Shown in pieces: positions 40,005 through 49,965 of a stretch of 64,000 bases of DNA (position 1 is its first letter; every line of letters begins with the position of its first letter). Position numbers and translations under genes: made by a program. This DNA comes from an uncultured delta proteobacterium. Its GTDB lineage: Bacteria; Desulfobacterota; Zymogenia; Zymogenales; Zymogenaceae. The DNA lies in NCBI GenBank assembly GCA_963792965.1, contig CAWBYW010000035.1:51721-115720 (forward strand), written 5' to 3'. The notes beneath the pieces were generated by a model that made no database searches, was not told the origin of the DNA, and saw only the letters and a list, made by a program, of their open reading frames with translations.

Positions 40005-40342
40005 GCGAAAACTCCGTCCTTTTTGATGGCGACATCATATCATACTTTTTAATAACTTCAAAATAAAACATACGAGAAACATCCCCGGGCGGACTCCGCA
40101 CACTCAGTTGGTCCCGATTGTCGTCAGGGAGCCCCGACGGTGACGCCCCGGTCCGCTCGGGGCGGATGAGGGACAGGGAGATAGAAATCGTTCGTCTTAT
40201 GCATTTTTATGGTGTTTTATCTCGGCCGGCGGATACAATATCTATTGATTTTGCTGCATAATTCCGGTATAAGAGGAGGGGGGGGATAAATACGGATGGC
40301 CCGTTTCCTCGCCGGGGGAGTTACGCGAGAAATTCACTTTCC

Positions 40343-40912
40343 ATGGGGGTCATAATGGAAACGAAACAACCGAAACTCAGGCCGTTGATACTATGGCTTC
40401 TCCTTATACTCGCAATCCTTGTCGCCCTCTGGCCGTGGATTTCCATGCGAAAGATCGACTCCCACCTGATGGAAAATCCGCCGAACAACGGCATCGTCGC
40501 GCTCGAGCTCGCCCGCAGCGTCGACGCCTCCCAGAAGATAATGGACGGCTGGGGCCCGGAGCTCTCGATCCTCGCCGGAAGGAGCGTCAAAATCGATTTT
40601 ATGTTCATCCCCGCCTACGTTCTCCTCTTCTTCTCCATCACTGCGCTCTTCTCTCTTCTTGTGGCCCCGTCCCTGGCCAGGATCATGAGGGCGGTCGCGC
40701 TGCTCCCCATCATCTCGGGGCTGTGCGACATAACCGAGAATATCTTTCTTCTGCTCATCCTGAAATCATCCCATGCGATCCCGGCGCACTATCCGCTTGT
40801 CGCCAGCACCTGCGCCACCATAAAATTCTCGCTCCTCGGGCTGGTCGTGTTGTCATGGATCGTTATGCTCGCGGCCTGGCTCGTCGGTAAAATCCGGAAG
40901 AGCGACGCATGA
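40343..40912 (+). CDS. Hypothetical integral membrane protein
   Basis: 4 hydrophobic segments, DFMFIPAY and CDITEN motifs. Confidence 0.65.
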   Translation: MGVIMETKQPKLRPLILWLLLILAILVALWPWISMRKIDSHLMENPPNNGIVALELARSVDASQKIMDGWGPELSILAGRSVKIDFMFIPAYVLLFFSITALFSLLVAPSLARIMRAVALLPIISGLCDITENIFLLLILKSSHAIPAHYPLVASTCATIKFSLLGLVVLSWIVMLAAWLVGKIRKSDA

Positions 40913-40982
40913 TGTCGCTCAGGCGGCGACGACGGGGCGGGCCCATCCATTAATCGCGAACATTATGGAGGCGGGAAGAGCC

Positions 40983-41357
40983 GTGAAAAGAATCGCAGTC
41001 TTTCTTTCCGTTCTTGTCCTTTTGGCTTTGCTCCCCGTCCTGTCGGGAGGAGAGGATACCCCGGAGCCGACCAACGTTACCATGTCGGGTAAGGTCAACC
41101 TTGAGATTACCGGCATGACCTACGAGACGCTGACCCTCGTCAACAGCTTCAACGTGGATCTGATCAACTGCTCCATCAAGAACCTCGTACTGGTCCGCTG
41201 CTGGAACGTGGACGTGACCAACTGTGAGTTCGTCGGCGAGGGTGTGGCCGCTGTGGCCGATTCCTGCCTGGCGGTGGCCTTCACCGGGTGTAAGTTCGGG
41301 GGAGGATATTCTCAGAGACTGATGTCGATGCGGTCGGCGCGGGTACGGATCGAATAG
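40983..41357 (+). CDS. Small exported Cys-rich protein, beta-helix-like
   Basis: GTG start, signal peptide, repeated NVDLINCS/NVDVTNCE/AVAFTGCK. Confidence 0.55.
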   Translation: MKRIAVFLSVLVLLALLPVLSGGEDTPEPTNVTMSGKVNLEITGMTYETLTLVNSFNVDLINCSIKNLVLVRCWNVDVTNCEFVGEGVAAVADSCLAVAFTGCKFGGGYSQRLMSMRSARVRIE

Positions 41358-41397
41358 TAAGAGGGCCTCGAGAGCCGGGCTGCCGGGCCCCTCTTCC

Positions 41398-42066
41398 TTA
41401 CGAGCCCGCCGCCCGTGCGGCGAGCTCAGCCAGGACCGAATCCGATATGCCGAGGGCCTTGGGACCCTCGCTGTGGATAAACTCCACGATTTCCCAAAGC
41501 GTCACCACCGAGCCGACGGGGATGCCCGTCGTTTCCGCGATGACCCCCGAAAAGAGGCGTCCCCTCTCGTCTTTCTCCATCCGATCCACCACCGAGAGGA
41601 TTCCCGTCACGACGGCCTTTGTTGTCTTTGTGATCTTGTCGATGGTCTCGATCTTGGTCTTGCCGTCGGTGATCACGTCATCGACGATGAGGAGCCGTTT
41701 CTTCGCGCCCGTCAGGTCGCACCCGATGAAGCTCCCGCCTTCGCCGTGTCCCTTGGATTCTTTTCGGTCAAAGCAAAATTCCTTGGTTATCCCATGCCCT
41801 GAAAAGAGAGACGCGGCCGTGATCGACGCAAGGACGATCCCCTTGTACGCGGGTCCGAAGATGACGTCAAACGTATCGGTCCCGATATCGGCGGTAATCT
41901 TTTTCGCAAGCGCGTTGCCGAGCTCCACGACCGCCCTGCCGTCGGCGATGTCGCCTATATTGATGAAGTAGGGAGACTTCCTGCCGCTCTTGAGGACGAA
42001 GTCCCCAAAGCGCAAGGCACCCGTCTCGATGAGGAGCCGTACGGTTTTTCTCTGGTACTCTTCCAT
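41398..42066 (-). CDS. pyrE: Orotate phosphoribosyltransferase
   Basis: FGDFVLKSGRKSPYF, FGPAYKGI, DRKESKGHGEGG, LIVDDVITDG PRPP motif; ATG 42066 with GGGAGG RBS. Confidence 0.93.
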   Translation of the reverse strand: MEEYQRKTVRLLIETGALRFGDFVLKSGRKSPYFINIGDIADGRAVVELGNALAKKITADIGTDTFDVIFGPAYKGIVLASITAASLFSGHGITKEFCFDRKESKGHGEGGSFIGCDLTGAKKRLLIVDDVITDGKTKIETIDKITKTTKAVVTGILSVVDRMEKDERGRLFSGVIAETTGIPVGSVVTLWEIVEFIHSEGPKALGISDSVLAELAARAAGS

Positions 42067-42477
42067 GGTAATCGATGACCTCCCTTCGCGCCGGGCGAGA
42101 AACGACACGCCGATTGTAGCCCAAAGGCGGCCCCGACGCCAGCATTTTTTGCCCTCGTCGCACAACGCCCGACCAATCCGTCGGCATCTCTATGCGACGT
42201 CAACGGTGACCCGGCGGACGCTCGAGCAAATACCCCACAGACGACCTAAGCGAAATGAGGCTCCGCTCCTCCTATTTTCTGACCGGAAGACGCGCCAACG
42301 ATCAGAAAATCGGTAAATTTCTTCTGCCATTGTCCTTCGCGACGTACAGAAGCCCGATCACACCATTAGAATATTTTACCCATGGGCGGCCTTATCGGCA
42401 CAACCCGCGGCCTTAAAGCTGCCTTTCAATCAAGGTTCGTATTACCTTGTCAGTGGATACTAAGAGGAGGAAGCATA

Positions 42478-44235
42478 ATGAACGTAAGGAAAGCATCGTT
42501 TCTTGTGGCCGTTTCTGTCTTACTGGTGACGGCCTTCGCGTTCACGGCGGCGGCGCAGGACGTCATCTACATCTCGGAGCCGACCCTCGCTGATACGCCG
42601 ACGATCCTCCCTCGCATGGACGCGCCGCTCTGGAACATGGATTATCGCCACAACCCGGCGCTCCTCAAGCTTGATTGCCCCTACCAGTTCATCGACGACG
42701 CCTACTACCTCGGCTCGGGGTGGAGCATCTCGTCCGAGTCCTTTAATCAGGGGTTCGATTTCCAGGGCCTGACACCGGCGTACCTCACGAAGCACGTCGA
42801 AGACAAGTACCTCACCACGGTCCTGGGCACCGACGCGGGCTTTGCGCTGAAACTCAACGACCGATCGAGCCTCGCCCTCATCTTCAACTACCGCTACGGC
42901 AACATTAAAGGGGACGGCAACTTCTTTCTCATTAATAAGGAAACAGTACTAACCGGCAGGGAGGACGGCTCGATCAGCCAGAAGCTCGAGACGCACGACT
43001 TCACCCTCTCGGCGCTCTACAGCCTGAAGATGAGCGACGCCCTCACCGTCGGCGCCGGGCTGAAATATTCGTATCGAGACGAGAGCTGGGACGACGACCT
43101 CTTTGCCCAAGGGGTTGATCCGTCGGCAGCCGTTCATTCGTTCGTTACCGACCTGAACCGTGATCTTGGGCTCAGGTATAGTGTCGTTTCGCCCGTCCTC
43201 GGCGTCTCGCTGAAATCGTCCGATCGCTTTAATATGGACGCCTGGCTTTCGGCCGGGTTCTACTTCGGGGACGTCCAGAAGAACTCGAACCTGTACGAAA
43301 ACTCGTCCGGACCCACCCCCCCCTACAGCGAGGACCTCGACTCGGGCGACGTTACCGGCTGGGATATAAGCGCCTCCGTCCGGCCGGAGCTCGCGGTCAC
43401 GGACGCCCTCTCCATCCCCTTCGTCCTCGATTTCTCCTACCGCGACATCAAATGGAGCGTGGGCGGCGCCTCCTTCGGCCGCTTCGCGCCCTTCGACTAC
43501 GACCTGGTCTTCTACGGCCCGGGCCACATCGGCTACGAGAACGAGGAGACGACCTGGCACGTGAAGGCCGGCGCGGGGGTGACCTACGATGCCGGGTGGG
43601 CGACCCTGTCGGGCCTGCTCTCCTACACCCGGTGGGAGTTCCTCAACGCGTATGACCAGGAAAACAATATCACCGGACTTGGCCCCGTAGCCGCGCTGAG
43701 CGTGTTTGCGCAGCGGGACACGGAGAGCCGGGACATCGCGGCGCTGGACCTGTCGCTCAAGAAGGAGTTTTCCAAGACGCTGTCGGCCGATTTTTCCGCC
43801 ATATACCTCGTCGGGTGGGCCCACCGGAGGTATCAGATGACCTACAAGAACCCGTTTGATATAGGCGGCGTCCAGCCGAACGGGCTCAAGGTTGTCGCCG
43901 ACGGGTGGGACGCCTACCAGGACCTGATCCTGTCGGCCACGATGGACCTCAAGCCGACGGACCGCCTGAGCCTCTCGCTCATGGGCACCGTCGCGATCCC
44001 CATCAACGACCTTGACTATACCCTGCACGGCCTGGGAACGGGGGTGAACGCCGGCCCAACTCTCAGGGACGTCATGATCAACGGCCCGGTCGTCCGGGAA
44101 TACGAGACCTCGGGTTGGGAGTGGGGGGCGCTGCTCTCGCTCAGCTACGAGTTCGGCTGCCCGGCGCCGCTGCCGCCGGTCGCGCCCGAGGCGCCCAAGG
44201 TCGCGCCCCAGCTGACGCCGATGAGCTTTAAGTAA
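42478..44235 (+). CDS. Outer-membrane beta-barrel protein, paralog A
   Basis: Signal peptide ending AAA-Q, N-terminal HNPA motif, alternating amphipathic strands, last strand LSLSYEF; AGGAGG RBS. Confidence 0.7.
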   Translation: MNVRKASFLVAVSVLLVTAFAFTAAAQDVIYISEPTLADTPTILPRMDAPLWNMDYRHNPALLKLDCPYQFIDDAYYLGSGWSISSESFNQGFDFQGLTPAYLTKHVEDKYLTTVLGTDAGFALKLNDRSSLALIFNYRYGNIKGDGNFFLINKETVLTGREDGSISQKLETHDFTLSALYSLKMSDALTVGAGLKYSYRDESWDDDLFAQGVDPSAAVHSFVTDLNRDLGLRYSVVSPVLGVSLKSSDRFNMDAWLSAGFYFGDVQKNSNLYENSSGPTPPYSEDLDSGDVTGWDISASVRPELAVTDALSIPFVLDFSYRDIKWSVGGASFGRFAPFDYDLVFYGPGHIGYENEETTWHVKAGAGVTYDAGWATLSGLLSYTRWEFLNAYDQENNITGLGPVAALSVFAQRDTESRDIAALDLSLKKEFSKTLSADFSAIYLVGWAHRRYQMTYKNPFDIGGVQPNGLKVVADGWDAYQDLILSATMDLKPTDRLSLSLMGTVAIPINDLDYTLHGLGTGVNAGPTLRDVMINGPVVREYETSGWEWGALLSLSYEFGCPAPLPPVAPEAPKVAPQLTPMSFK

Positions 44236-44256
44236 GCAGACCAACGAGATATCCCG

Positions 44257-44291
44257 ATGATAAGGGGCGGCGATGAGCCGCCCCTTATCAT
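44257..44291 (+). terminator. Intrinsic terminator hairpin
   Basis: atgataaggggcggc...gccgccccttatcat. Confidence 0.65.
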
Positions 44292-44567
44292 TTCTCCCGT
44301 CCCACCCCCGGCTAATAATCTCGAAATAGATATACACGACATAAACAGTATAAAGATATTTCCACTTTTGACTTGACTTCCAATCCAAATGGACATTAAA
44401 ATATTCTAACACTTAATCCTTCGCTTTTCTTTCGCCCGGAGAGCGGCGGTATTTTACGGCTCCACCGACGATCTTCCCTTCCCACAAGAATCGATCCGGG
44501 TCATTTCTTCTGTATCTATGTGGTTTTCGAGACTCTTAAAAGTGAACGTTTTTTCAGGGGGGCTTCT

Positions 44568-46334
44568 ATGAACAAAAGAAGAACATTCTCTTTATCAGTT
44601 GTGGTCATCTTTCTGACCGCGACCTTCGCGTTCACAGCGGCGGCCCAGGACGTCATCTACATCTCGGAGCCGGACCTCGCCGAGACCCCGAAGATACTGC
44701 CCCGCATGGACGCACCGCTCTGGAACATGGATTATCGCCACAACCCGGCGCTCCTCACGCTGGACCGCCCTTACGAGCTCATCGACGATGCCTACTACCT
44801 CGGCTCCGGGTGGAGCGTCTCTTCAGAGTCCTTTAACGAAGGGTTCACGTTCGACGGCCTGAAGCCGGGGTACTTGACGAAGCATGTCGAAGACAAGTAC
44901 CTCACCACGGTCCTGGGCACCGACGCCGGCTTTGCGCTGAAGCTCAACGACCGATCGAGCCTCGCCCTTATCTTCAACTATCGGTATGGCAACCTTACAG
45001 GGGACGGAAACTTCTTCGTTATTAATGAAACTCCCGCAGGTATACCATTCACCGCCAGGTTGGACGGCTCTATCTCACAGAAGCTCGAGACGCACGACTT
45101 CACCCTCTCGGCGCTCTACAGCCTCAAGATGAGCGACGCCCTCACCCTCGGCGCCGGGCTCAAGTACGCATATCGAGACGAGAGCTGGGACAACGACCTC
45201 TTCGGCACCGGAAATGATCCAACAGCCAATCCTTCGTTTATTACCGACCTGAACCAAGACCTCGAGCTCAGGTATAGTATCGTTTCGGCCATCCTCGGCG
45301 TCTCGCTCAAATCCTCCGACCGCTTTACTATGGACGCCTGGCTTTCAGCCGGGTTCTACTTCGGGGACGTCCAAAAGAACTCAAACATGGTTGAAACTGC
45401 TTCACTGGTTTCGCGTGCCCCCTACAGCGAGGACCTCGACTCGGGCGATATAACTGGTTGGGAGGTCAACACGTCCATCCGGCCGGGAATCGTGGTTTCC
45501 AACACCCTCTCCATCCCGTTCGTGCTGGACTTCTCCTACCGTGACTTCAAATGGAGCGTGGGCGGCGCCTCCTTTGGCTACTTCGCGCCGCTTGACTACG
45601 ACCTGATCTTCCACGGCCCTGGCCTGATTGGCTACGAGAACGAGGAGACGACCTGGCACGTGAAGGCCGGCGCGGGGGTGACCTACGACGCCGGGTGGGC
45701 GACCCTGTCGGGTCTCCTCTCCTACACCCGGTGGGAGTTCCTCAACGCGTATGACCAGGAAAACAATGTTACCGGAGCTACCACCCCCGGGCTAACGGCG
45801 TTCGCCCAGCGGGACAGCGAGAGCCGGGATATCGCGGCGATTGACCTGTCGCTCAAGAAAAAGTTCTCCGAGATGCTGTCAGCGGATTTTTCCGCCTGTT
45901 ACCTTGTCGGGTGGGCGCACCGAAGGTACCAGATGTCTTACAAATCTCCGTGGGAGTCGATCCCCCCGCCCGATGAGCTCAGGGTTGTCGCCGACGGGTG
46001 GGACGCCTATCAGGACCTGATTCTCTCGGCCACGGTGAACCTCAACCCAACGGACCGTCTGAGCCTCTCGCTCATGGGCACCGTCGCGATCCCCGTCAAC
46101 GACCTCGACTACACCCTGAACGGCCTCGGAACGGGGTTGGACAGAGACCGTGAGACATTTAAACGGGACGTCCTCATCGACGGCCCGGTCGTCCGGGAAT
46201 ACGAATCGTCGGGCTGGGAGTGGGGCGCGCTGTTCTCGCTCACCTACGAGTTTGGCAGCCCGGCGCCTGTCCCTCCCGTTGTGCCCGAGGCGCCCAAGGT
46301 TGCTCCACAGCTGACGCCGATGAGCTTTAAGTAA
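44568..46334 (+). CDS. Outer-membrane beta-barrel protein, paralog B (tandem duplicate)
   Basis: Long stretches identical to paralog A; same C-terminus APQLTPMSFK and same 3' flank. Confidence 0.7.
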   Translation: MNKRRTFSLSVVVIFLTATFAFTAAAQDVIYISEPDLAETPKILPRMDAPLWNMDYRHNPALLTLDRPYELIDDAYYLGSGWSVSSESFNEGFTFDGLKPGYLTKHVEDKYLTTVLGTDAGFALKLNDRSSLALIFNYRYGNLTGDGNFFVINETPAGIPFTARLDGSISQKLETHDFTLSALYSLKMSDALTLGAGLKYAYRDESWDNDLFGTGNDPTANPSFITDLNQDLELRYSIVSAILGVSLKSSDRFTMDAWLSAGFYFGDVQKNSNMVETASLVSRAPYSEDLDSGDITGWEVNTSIRPGIVVSNTLSIPFVLDFSYRDFKWSVGGASFGYFAPLDYDLIFHGPGLIGYENEETTWHVKAGAGVTYDAGWATLSGLLSYTRWEFLNAYDQENNVTGATTPGLTAFAQRDSESRDIAAIDLSLKKKFSEMLSADFSACYLVGWAHRRYQMSYKSPWESIPPPDELRVVADGWDAYQDLILSATVNLNPTDRLSLSLMGTVAIPVNDLDYTLNGLGTGLDRDRETFKRDVLIDGPVVREYESSGWEWGALFSLTYEFGSPAPVPPVVPEAPKVAPQLTPMSFK

Positions 46335-46359
46335 GCAGACCAACGAGATATCCCGATGA

Positions 46360-46388
46360 TGAGGGGCGGCCAAAAAGGCCGCCCCTCA
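46360..46388 (+). terminator. Intrinsic terminator hairpin
   Basis: tgaggggcggcc-aaaaa-ggccgcccctca. Confidence 0.6.
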
Positions 46389-46533
46389 GTTATTGTGCGT
46401 CATGGCTCCTCTCCACGGATCAAGAGTGGTGCGGTACAGTTTCGTCAATTAGCTGGACAATACGGCAAAAGTGTAGTATATTACTTTAGTTTACTGTTAC
46501 ACGAAACATTTACGGCTACAAGGAGCCCATATC

Positions 46534-47673
46534 ATGTTCTTCAGCATTTTTTTTCCGATCTATTTCCTGTTGAACGCCTATATTTTCTTCCGCGGTTTTG
46601 CGGCGCTTCCCGGCCGACGGTGGTGGGTCATCGGCCTGAAAATTCTTTTCGTACTGCTGGCGGTCTCGTTTCCCTTCCTTCACTCCCTCGAGGATAAGGG
46701 ATCCGGCGTGGTCTTTCAGGTTCTGACCGTCGTCGGCTCGCTCTGGACCGCGGCGATGCTCTATTTCTTTCTGATCGTGCTCTTTTCGGACATCGTGCGG
46801 ATCGTCGACTATTTCGCTCACATTATCCCGGAACGTATCAAGAAGAGCCGGGCCCTTTCGGCACCTACCCTCTTTTTCGGTTCTATTGCGCTCGTCTCCG
46901 TTATCATCTTTTCGGGCTGGCTCAATACCCTCTTCGTCAGGGTTGAGAATGTCGAGGTCTCGCTTGCGAACCTCCCGAAGGTGAATAACCCCACGACAAT
47001 CGTCTTCGCCGCAGACCTCCACATCTCGGCCACAACCCGCGAAGAGAAAGTCTCTTCCTTTGTGGACTCGATCAACGCCCAGCACCCGGACGTTATCCTC
47101 CTCGGCGGCGACCTCGTCGAGGGGAGCGTCGATGGATTGGGTCGTTTCTCAAGTATTCTCGCCGGACTCAAAGCGCCGCTCGGCGTTTTCGCGGTGTTCG
47201 GCAATCACGAGTTTCATGGAGATCAGGAGAAAACCGGGGCGTTCATGAGGTCGGCGGGGATTCGGGAGCTCAGAAACGAGGTGGTGACGCTCCCGGGGCG
47301 CGTCAACATCGTGGGGCTGGACGACCCCGGCTCGATGCACGCCGAAGTAAAGGTCAGCCCGTTACTTCCCGGGCTCTTGAAGAAGCGGGACGCGAGCCTT
47401 CCCACGATTCTGCTCTATCACCGTCCCGTCAATCTGGAAGCCTACGCCGCCTACCCAATCGACCTGATGCTCGCCGGACATACCCATCACGGGCAGCTCT
47501 TCCCCATTACGCTGGTCACCGACCTCGTCTATGAGGTAAGCTACGGCTACAAGAAGATCGGCCCCATGCGGCTCTACGTAACCAGCGGCCTGGGCACCTG
47601 GGGACCGCCGGTGCGGGTCCTCACCCACCCGGAGATTGTGAGGGTTACGCTGGTCAACCACGGCGAGAACTAA
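46534..47673 (+). CDS. Membrane-anchored metallophosphoesterase (YkuE/YaeI-like)
   Basis: N-terminal TMs; ADLH, GGDL, GNHE, LYHRP, AGHTHHGQ, SGLGTWGPP. Confidence 0.9.
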   Translation: MFFSIFFPIYFLLNAYIFFRGFAALPGRRWWVIGLKILFVLLAVSFPFLHSLEDKGSGVVFQVLTVVGSLWTAAMLYFFLIVLFSDIVRIVDYFAHIIPERIKKSRALSAPTLFFGSIALVSVIIFSGWLNTLFVRVENVEVSLANLPKVNNPTTIVFAADLHISATTREEKVSSFVDSINAQHPDVILLGGDLVEGSVDGLGRFSSILAGLKAPLGVFAVFGNHEFHGDQEKTGAFMRSAGIRELRNEVVTLPGRVNIVGLDDPGSMHAEVKVSPLLPGLLKKRDASLPTILLYHRPVNLEAYAAYPIDLMLAGHTHHGQLFPITLVTDLVYEVSYGYKKIGPMRLYVTSGLGTWGPPVRVLTHPEIVRVTLVNHGEN

Positions 47674-47823
47674 TAGCCCGGCCCGATTTCCGGTTCTCTC
47701 CTCCACCGCCCGCTGCCGATTAATGCGCCTTTCCCTTTTGCCGCATGAACAGACCCCACACATAGGCTCATCGAGGGAAATGTGAACCGCGAGCTCCCCT
47801 GCGCAGCCCCAGAAAGAAAATCC

Positions 47824-47852
47824 TTGACATTTGTTTGATGTAAAACTATTAT
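47824..47852 (+). promoter_or_regulatory. Sigma70 promoter of marR with operator-like site in the spacer
   Basis: TTGACA-17 bp-TATTAT; spacer contains gtttgatgtaaaac; ATG follows 6 nt after the -10. Confidence 0.7.
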
Positions 47853-47858
47853 GGACAC

Positions 47859-48281
47859 ATGAAGAAGGATCATGTAATCTTCCTCATCGGCCGGATCCAG
47901 TACAAGGCCAATAAGTTCCTTACCGACCAGATGAGGGCCTACCGGATCAAGAATCTCGCCCCGTCCCATGGGGAAATCCTCGGGTCCCTCATGGCCAGGG
48001 GACCGCTTCCCATGACGGAAATCGCGAGGATCATCGATAAGGACAAATCCACGGTAACCGCCTTGGTGAATAAGCTGGTGAGGCTCGGGTACGTCGAAAA
48101 GAAAAAGAACGGGACCGATAATAGGGTTAATCTGATTTCGCTGACGAGGAAGGGTGAGGTCCTTAAGCCGAAATTTACGCTCATCGCCCGAAAATTACGC
48201 GCGACATCATATAACGGCGTATCGGATGAAGAAAGGGATCAATTGATTGGTCTCTTGACGAAGATCAGCGAGAACCTCTGA
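47859..48281 (+). CDS. MarR family transcriptional regulator
   Basis: TEIARIIDKDKSTVTALVNKLVRLGYV...DNRVNLISLTRKG. Confidence 0.92.
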   Translation: MKKDHVIFLIGRIQYKANKFLTDQMRAYRIKNLAPSHGEILGSLMARGPLPMTEIARIIDKDKSTVTALVNKLVRLGYVEKKKNGTDNRVNLISLTRKGEVLKPKFTLIARKLRATSYNGVSDEERDQLIGLLTKISENL

Positions 48282-48292
48282 TTTTTTTTGTC

Positions 48293-48318
48293 GCTATGGT
48301 TTGATATCAAACCATAGC
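48293..48318. promoter_or_regulatory. Perfect 26-bp palindrome, candidate MarR operator
   Basis: gctatggtttgat|atcaaaccatagc; core matches the site in the marR promoter. Confidence 0.65.
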
Positions 48319-48369
48319 CGGCTCGCTGGTCAAACGTAATAGTATACCAATGGTGAGAGGAGGAGATAT

Positions 48370-49155
48370 ATGCAGTTTGATGACGTTATCTACGAAAAGG
48401 CGGACCGGATCGCGACGATCACCCTCAACCGCCCCGACGCCCTCAACGCGGTCAGTTTTGACCTCTTAAGCGGGCTGATCAAGGCGCTGGAAGCTTGCTC
48501 CGATGACCGGGAGGTAAAGGCCGTCGTGCTCACGGGAAAGGGCAAGGCGTTCTGCGCGGGGGGCGACGTCCGGATGTTCCATGAAGCGCCCGATCTATCG
48601 GAAACGACCAGGCAAATGACGAAGCTTTTGAATTTCACCATCACCGGCCTTCGCCGGATCCCCAAGCCGGTCATCGCGATGATCAACGGACCGATCTTCG
48701 GGGTCGGAATCAGCATCGCGGCCGCGTGCGACCTGAGAATATGTGGGGCATCCGTAAAGCTCAGGCAGGCCTATACGTCAATCGGCCTGTCTCCCGACGG
48801 CGCATGGACCCTTCTGGTGCCGACCCTCATTGGATTCAGCAAGGCCTCGGAGCTGATGTATATGGACCCTCTTTTCGACGCCGTGCAGGCCCTTGAAATG
48901 GGGCTGGTAAACAGGGTGGTCGACGACGCTGAGCTCGAAAAGGTGACCCGTGAAATCGCTTCACGGCTCGCCCACGGTCCCGCGGCATCATTCTCCATCG
49001 TGAAAGAGAACTTCAATAACGCCCTTTTTGGGCTCTTGGAGCGACAGCTCGAGCTGGAGCGCGCGGGGATCGTCCGGGCGGCCGGGACCGCCGACGCGAA
49101 AGAGGGAATCGCGTCCTTCATCGAAAAAAGGAAACCGGAATTTAAGGGTGAGTAA
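48370..49155 (+). CDS. Enoyl-CoA hydratase/isomerase (crotonase, PaaG-like)
   Basis: ITLNRPDALNA, AFCAGGD, KPVIAMING, GLSPDG, EGIASFIEKRKPEF. Confidence 0.92.
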   Translation: MQFDDVIYEKADRIATITLNRPDALNAVSFDLLSGLIKALEACSDDREVKAVVLTGKGKAFCAGGDVRMFHEAPDLSETTRQMTKLLNFTITGLRRIPKPVIAMINGPIFGVGISIAAACDLRICGASVKLRQAYTSIGLSPDGAWTLLVPTLIGFSKASELMYMDPLFDAVQALEMGLVNRVVDDAELEKVTREIASRLAHGPAASFSIVKENFNNALFGLLERQLELERAGIVRAAGTADAKEGIASFIEKRKPEFKGE

Positions 49156-49399
49156 GTCTTAGCGAGGTTTACCACTGCCGCGGCGACGCACCGGGAGAGC
49201 TAACATCTGTTGGAAACCATAAAAAGAAGGGCGGCCAGGCCGCCCTTCTTGTCCCGCATAGTGCGGTTCTTCTTCTTTTCCCTCCACTGTCGCCTAATCT
49301 CGCGACACTTCTCCCAGTCCCACTACGGTATATTAACCGTAGATCTATCTCAATGGAAACAACCGTCTGTCTTTGCTCGAGTGCCTTGTTCCATCACTG

Positions 49400-49486
49400 T
49401 TAGGTTACCGTCTGATAGAGAAGAAACAAGGTCATCAAGAGCATGAGGACGACCGTAAACCAGCTGCCGAAATCATCATCTCTCAT
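49400..49486 (-). CDS. Possible 28-aa single-helix membrane peptide
   Basis: MRDDDFGSWFTVVLMLLMTLFLLYQTVT with strong AGGGAGG RBS; below the ORF-track cutoff. Confidence 0.35.
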   Translation of the reverse strand: MRDDDFGSWFTVVLMLLMTLFLLYQTVT

Positions 49487-49965
49487 GGTCTTTCCTCCCT
49501 ACTTTCGTTTTGGGAAACTAATATAATCACTATTCCGTCCAATTTCAATGACCCGCCGCATTTTTTGGCTCGTACAGAGCCTCTATTGTTATTTGACCCT
49601 CGCCGACGTTTTTTGTTCCCCACGAATCAGGCCGGGGCCAGCCCGCGAAAGTCTTCTTGAGTCTCACCGCGGCAATCAAACCGGCCGCCGGCTCGAACAC
49701 GATACACCCTTCCCTGCCCCGCCTTGTCGTGAACGCATCGAAATAGGAGTGTGCCCGTCTCAGAAAAAAGCTGCCCCGGCTCTAAACCTGTGGTATATTA
49801 GATGGTATGACGCGAGCCGGTAACCATTCCGACGTCGCGTGATTTTTCATCATCGAAAGGGCGAGGTATTCCGTTGGCCCGGCAGTTGTGACGATCGAAT
49901 CGCGTGACCGGCTTCGGAAAGAGCGCCCTGTGGATAGATGCCGACTTGGACGGAGCAGAGAACGT

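Noticed and set aside
42478-46334. Diversity-generating retroelement TR/VR pair
   Set aside because: Differences include indels and are not adenine-specific; both copies are full genes; no reverse transcriptase in the window.
49874-49890. Sigma54 promoter TGGCCCGGCAGTTGT before the MFS gene
   Set aside because: The -12 element is GT rather than the conserved GC, and no supporting enhancer is evident.
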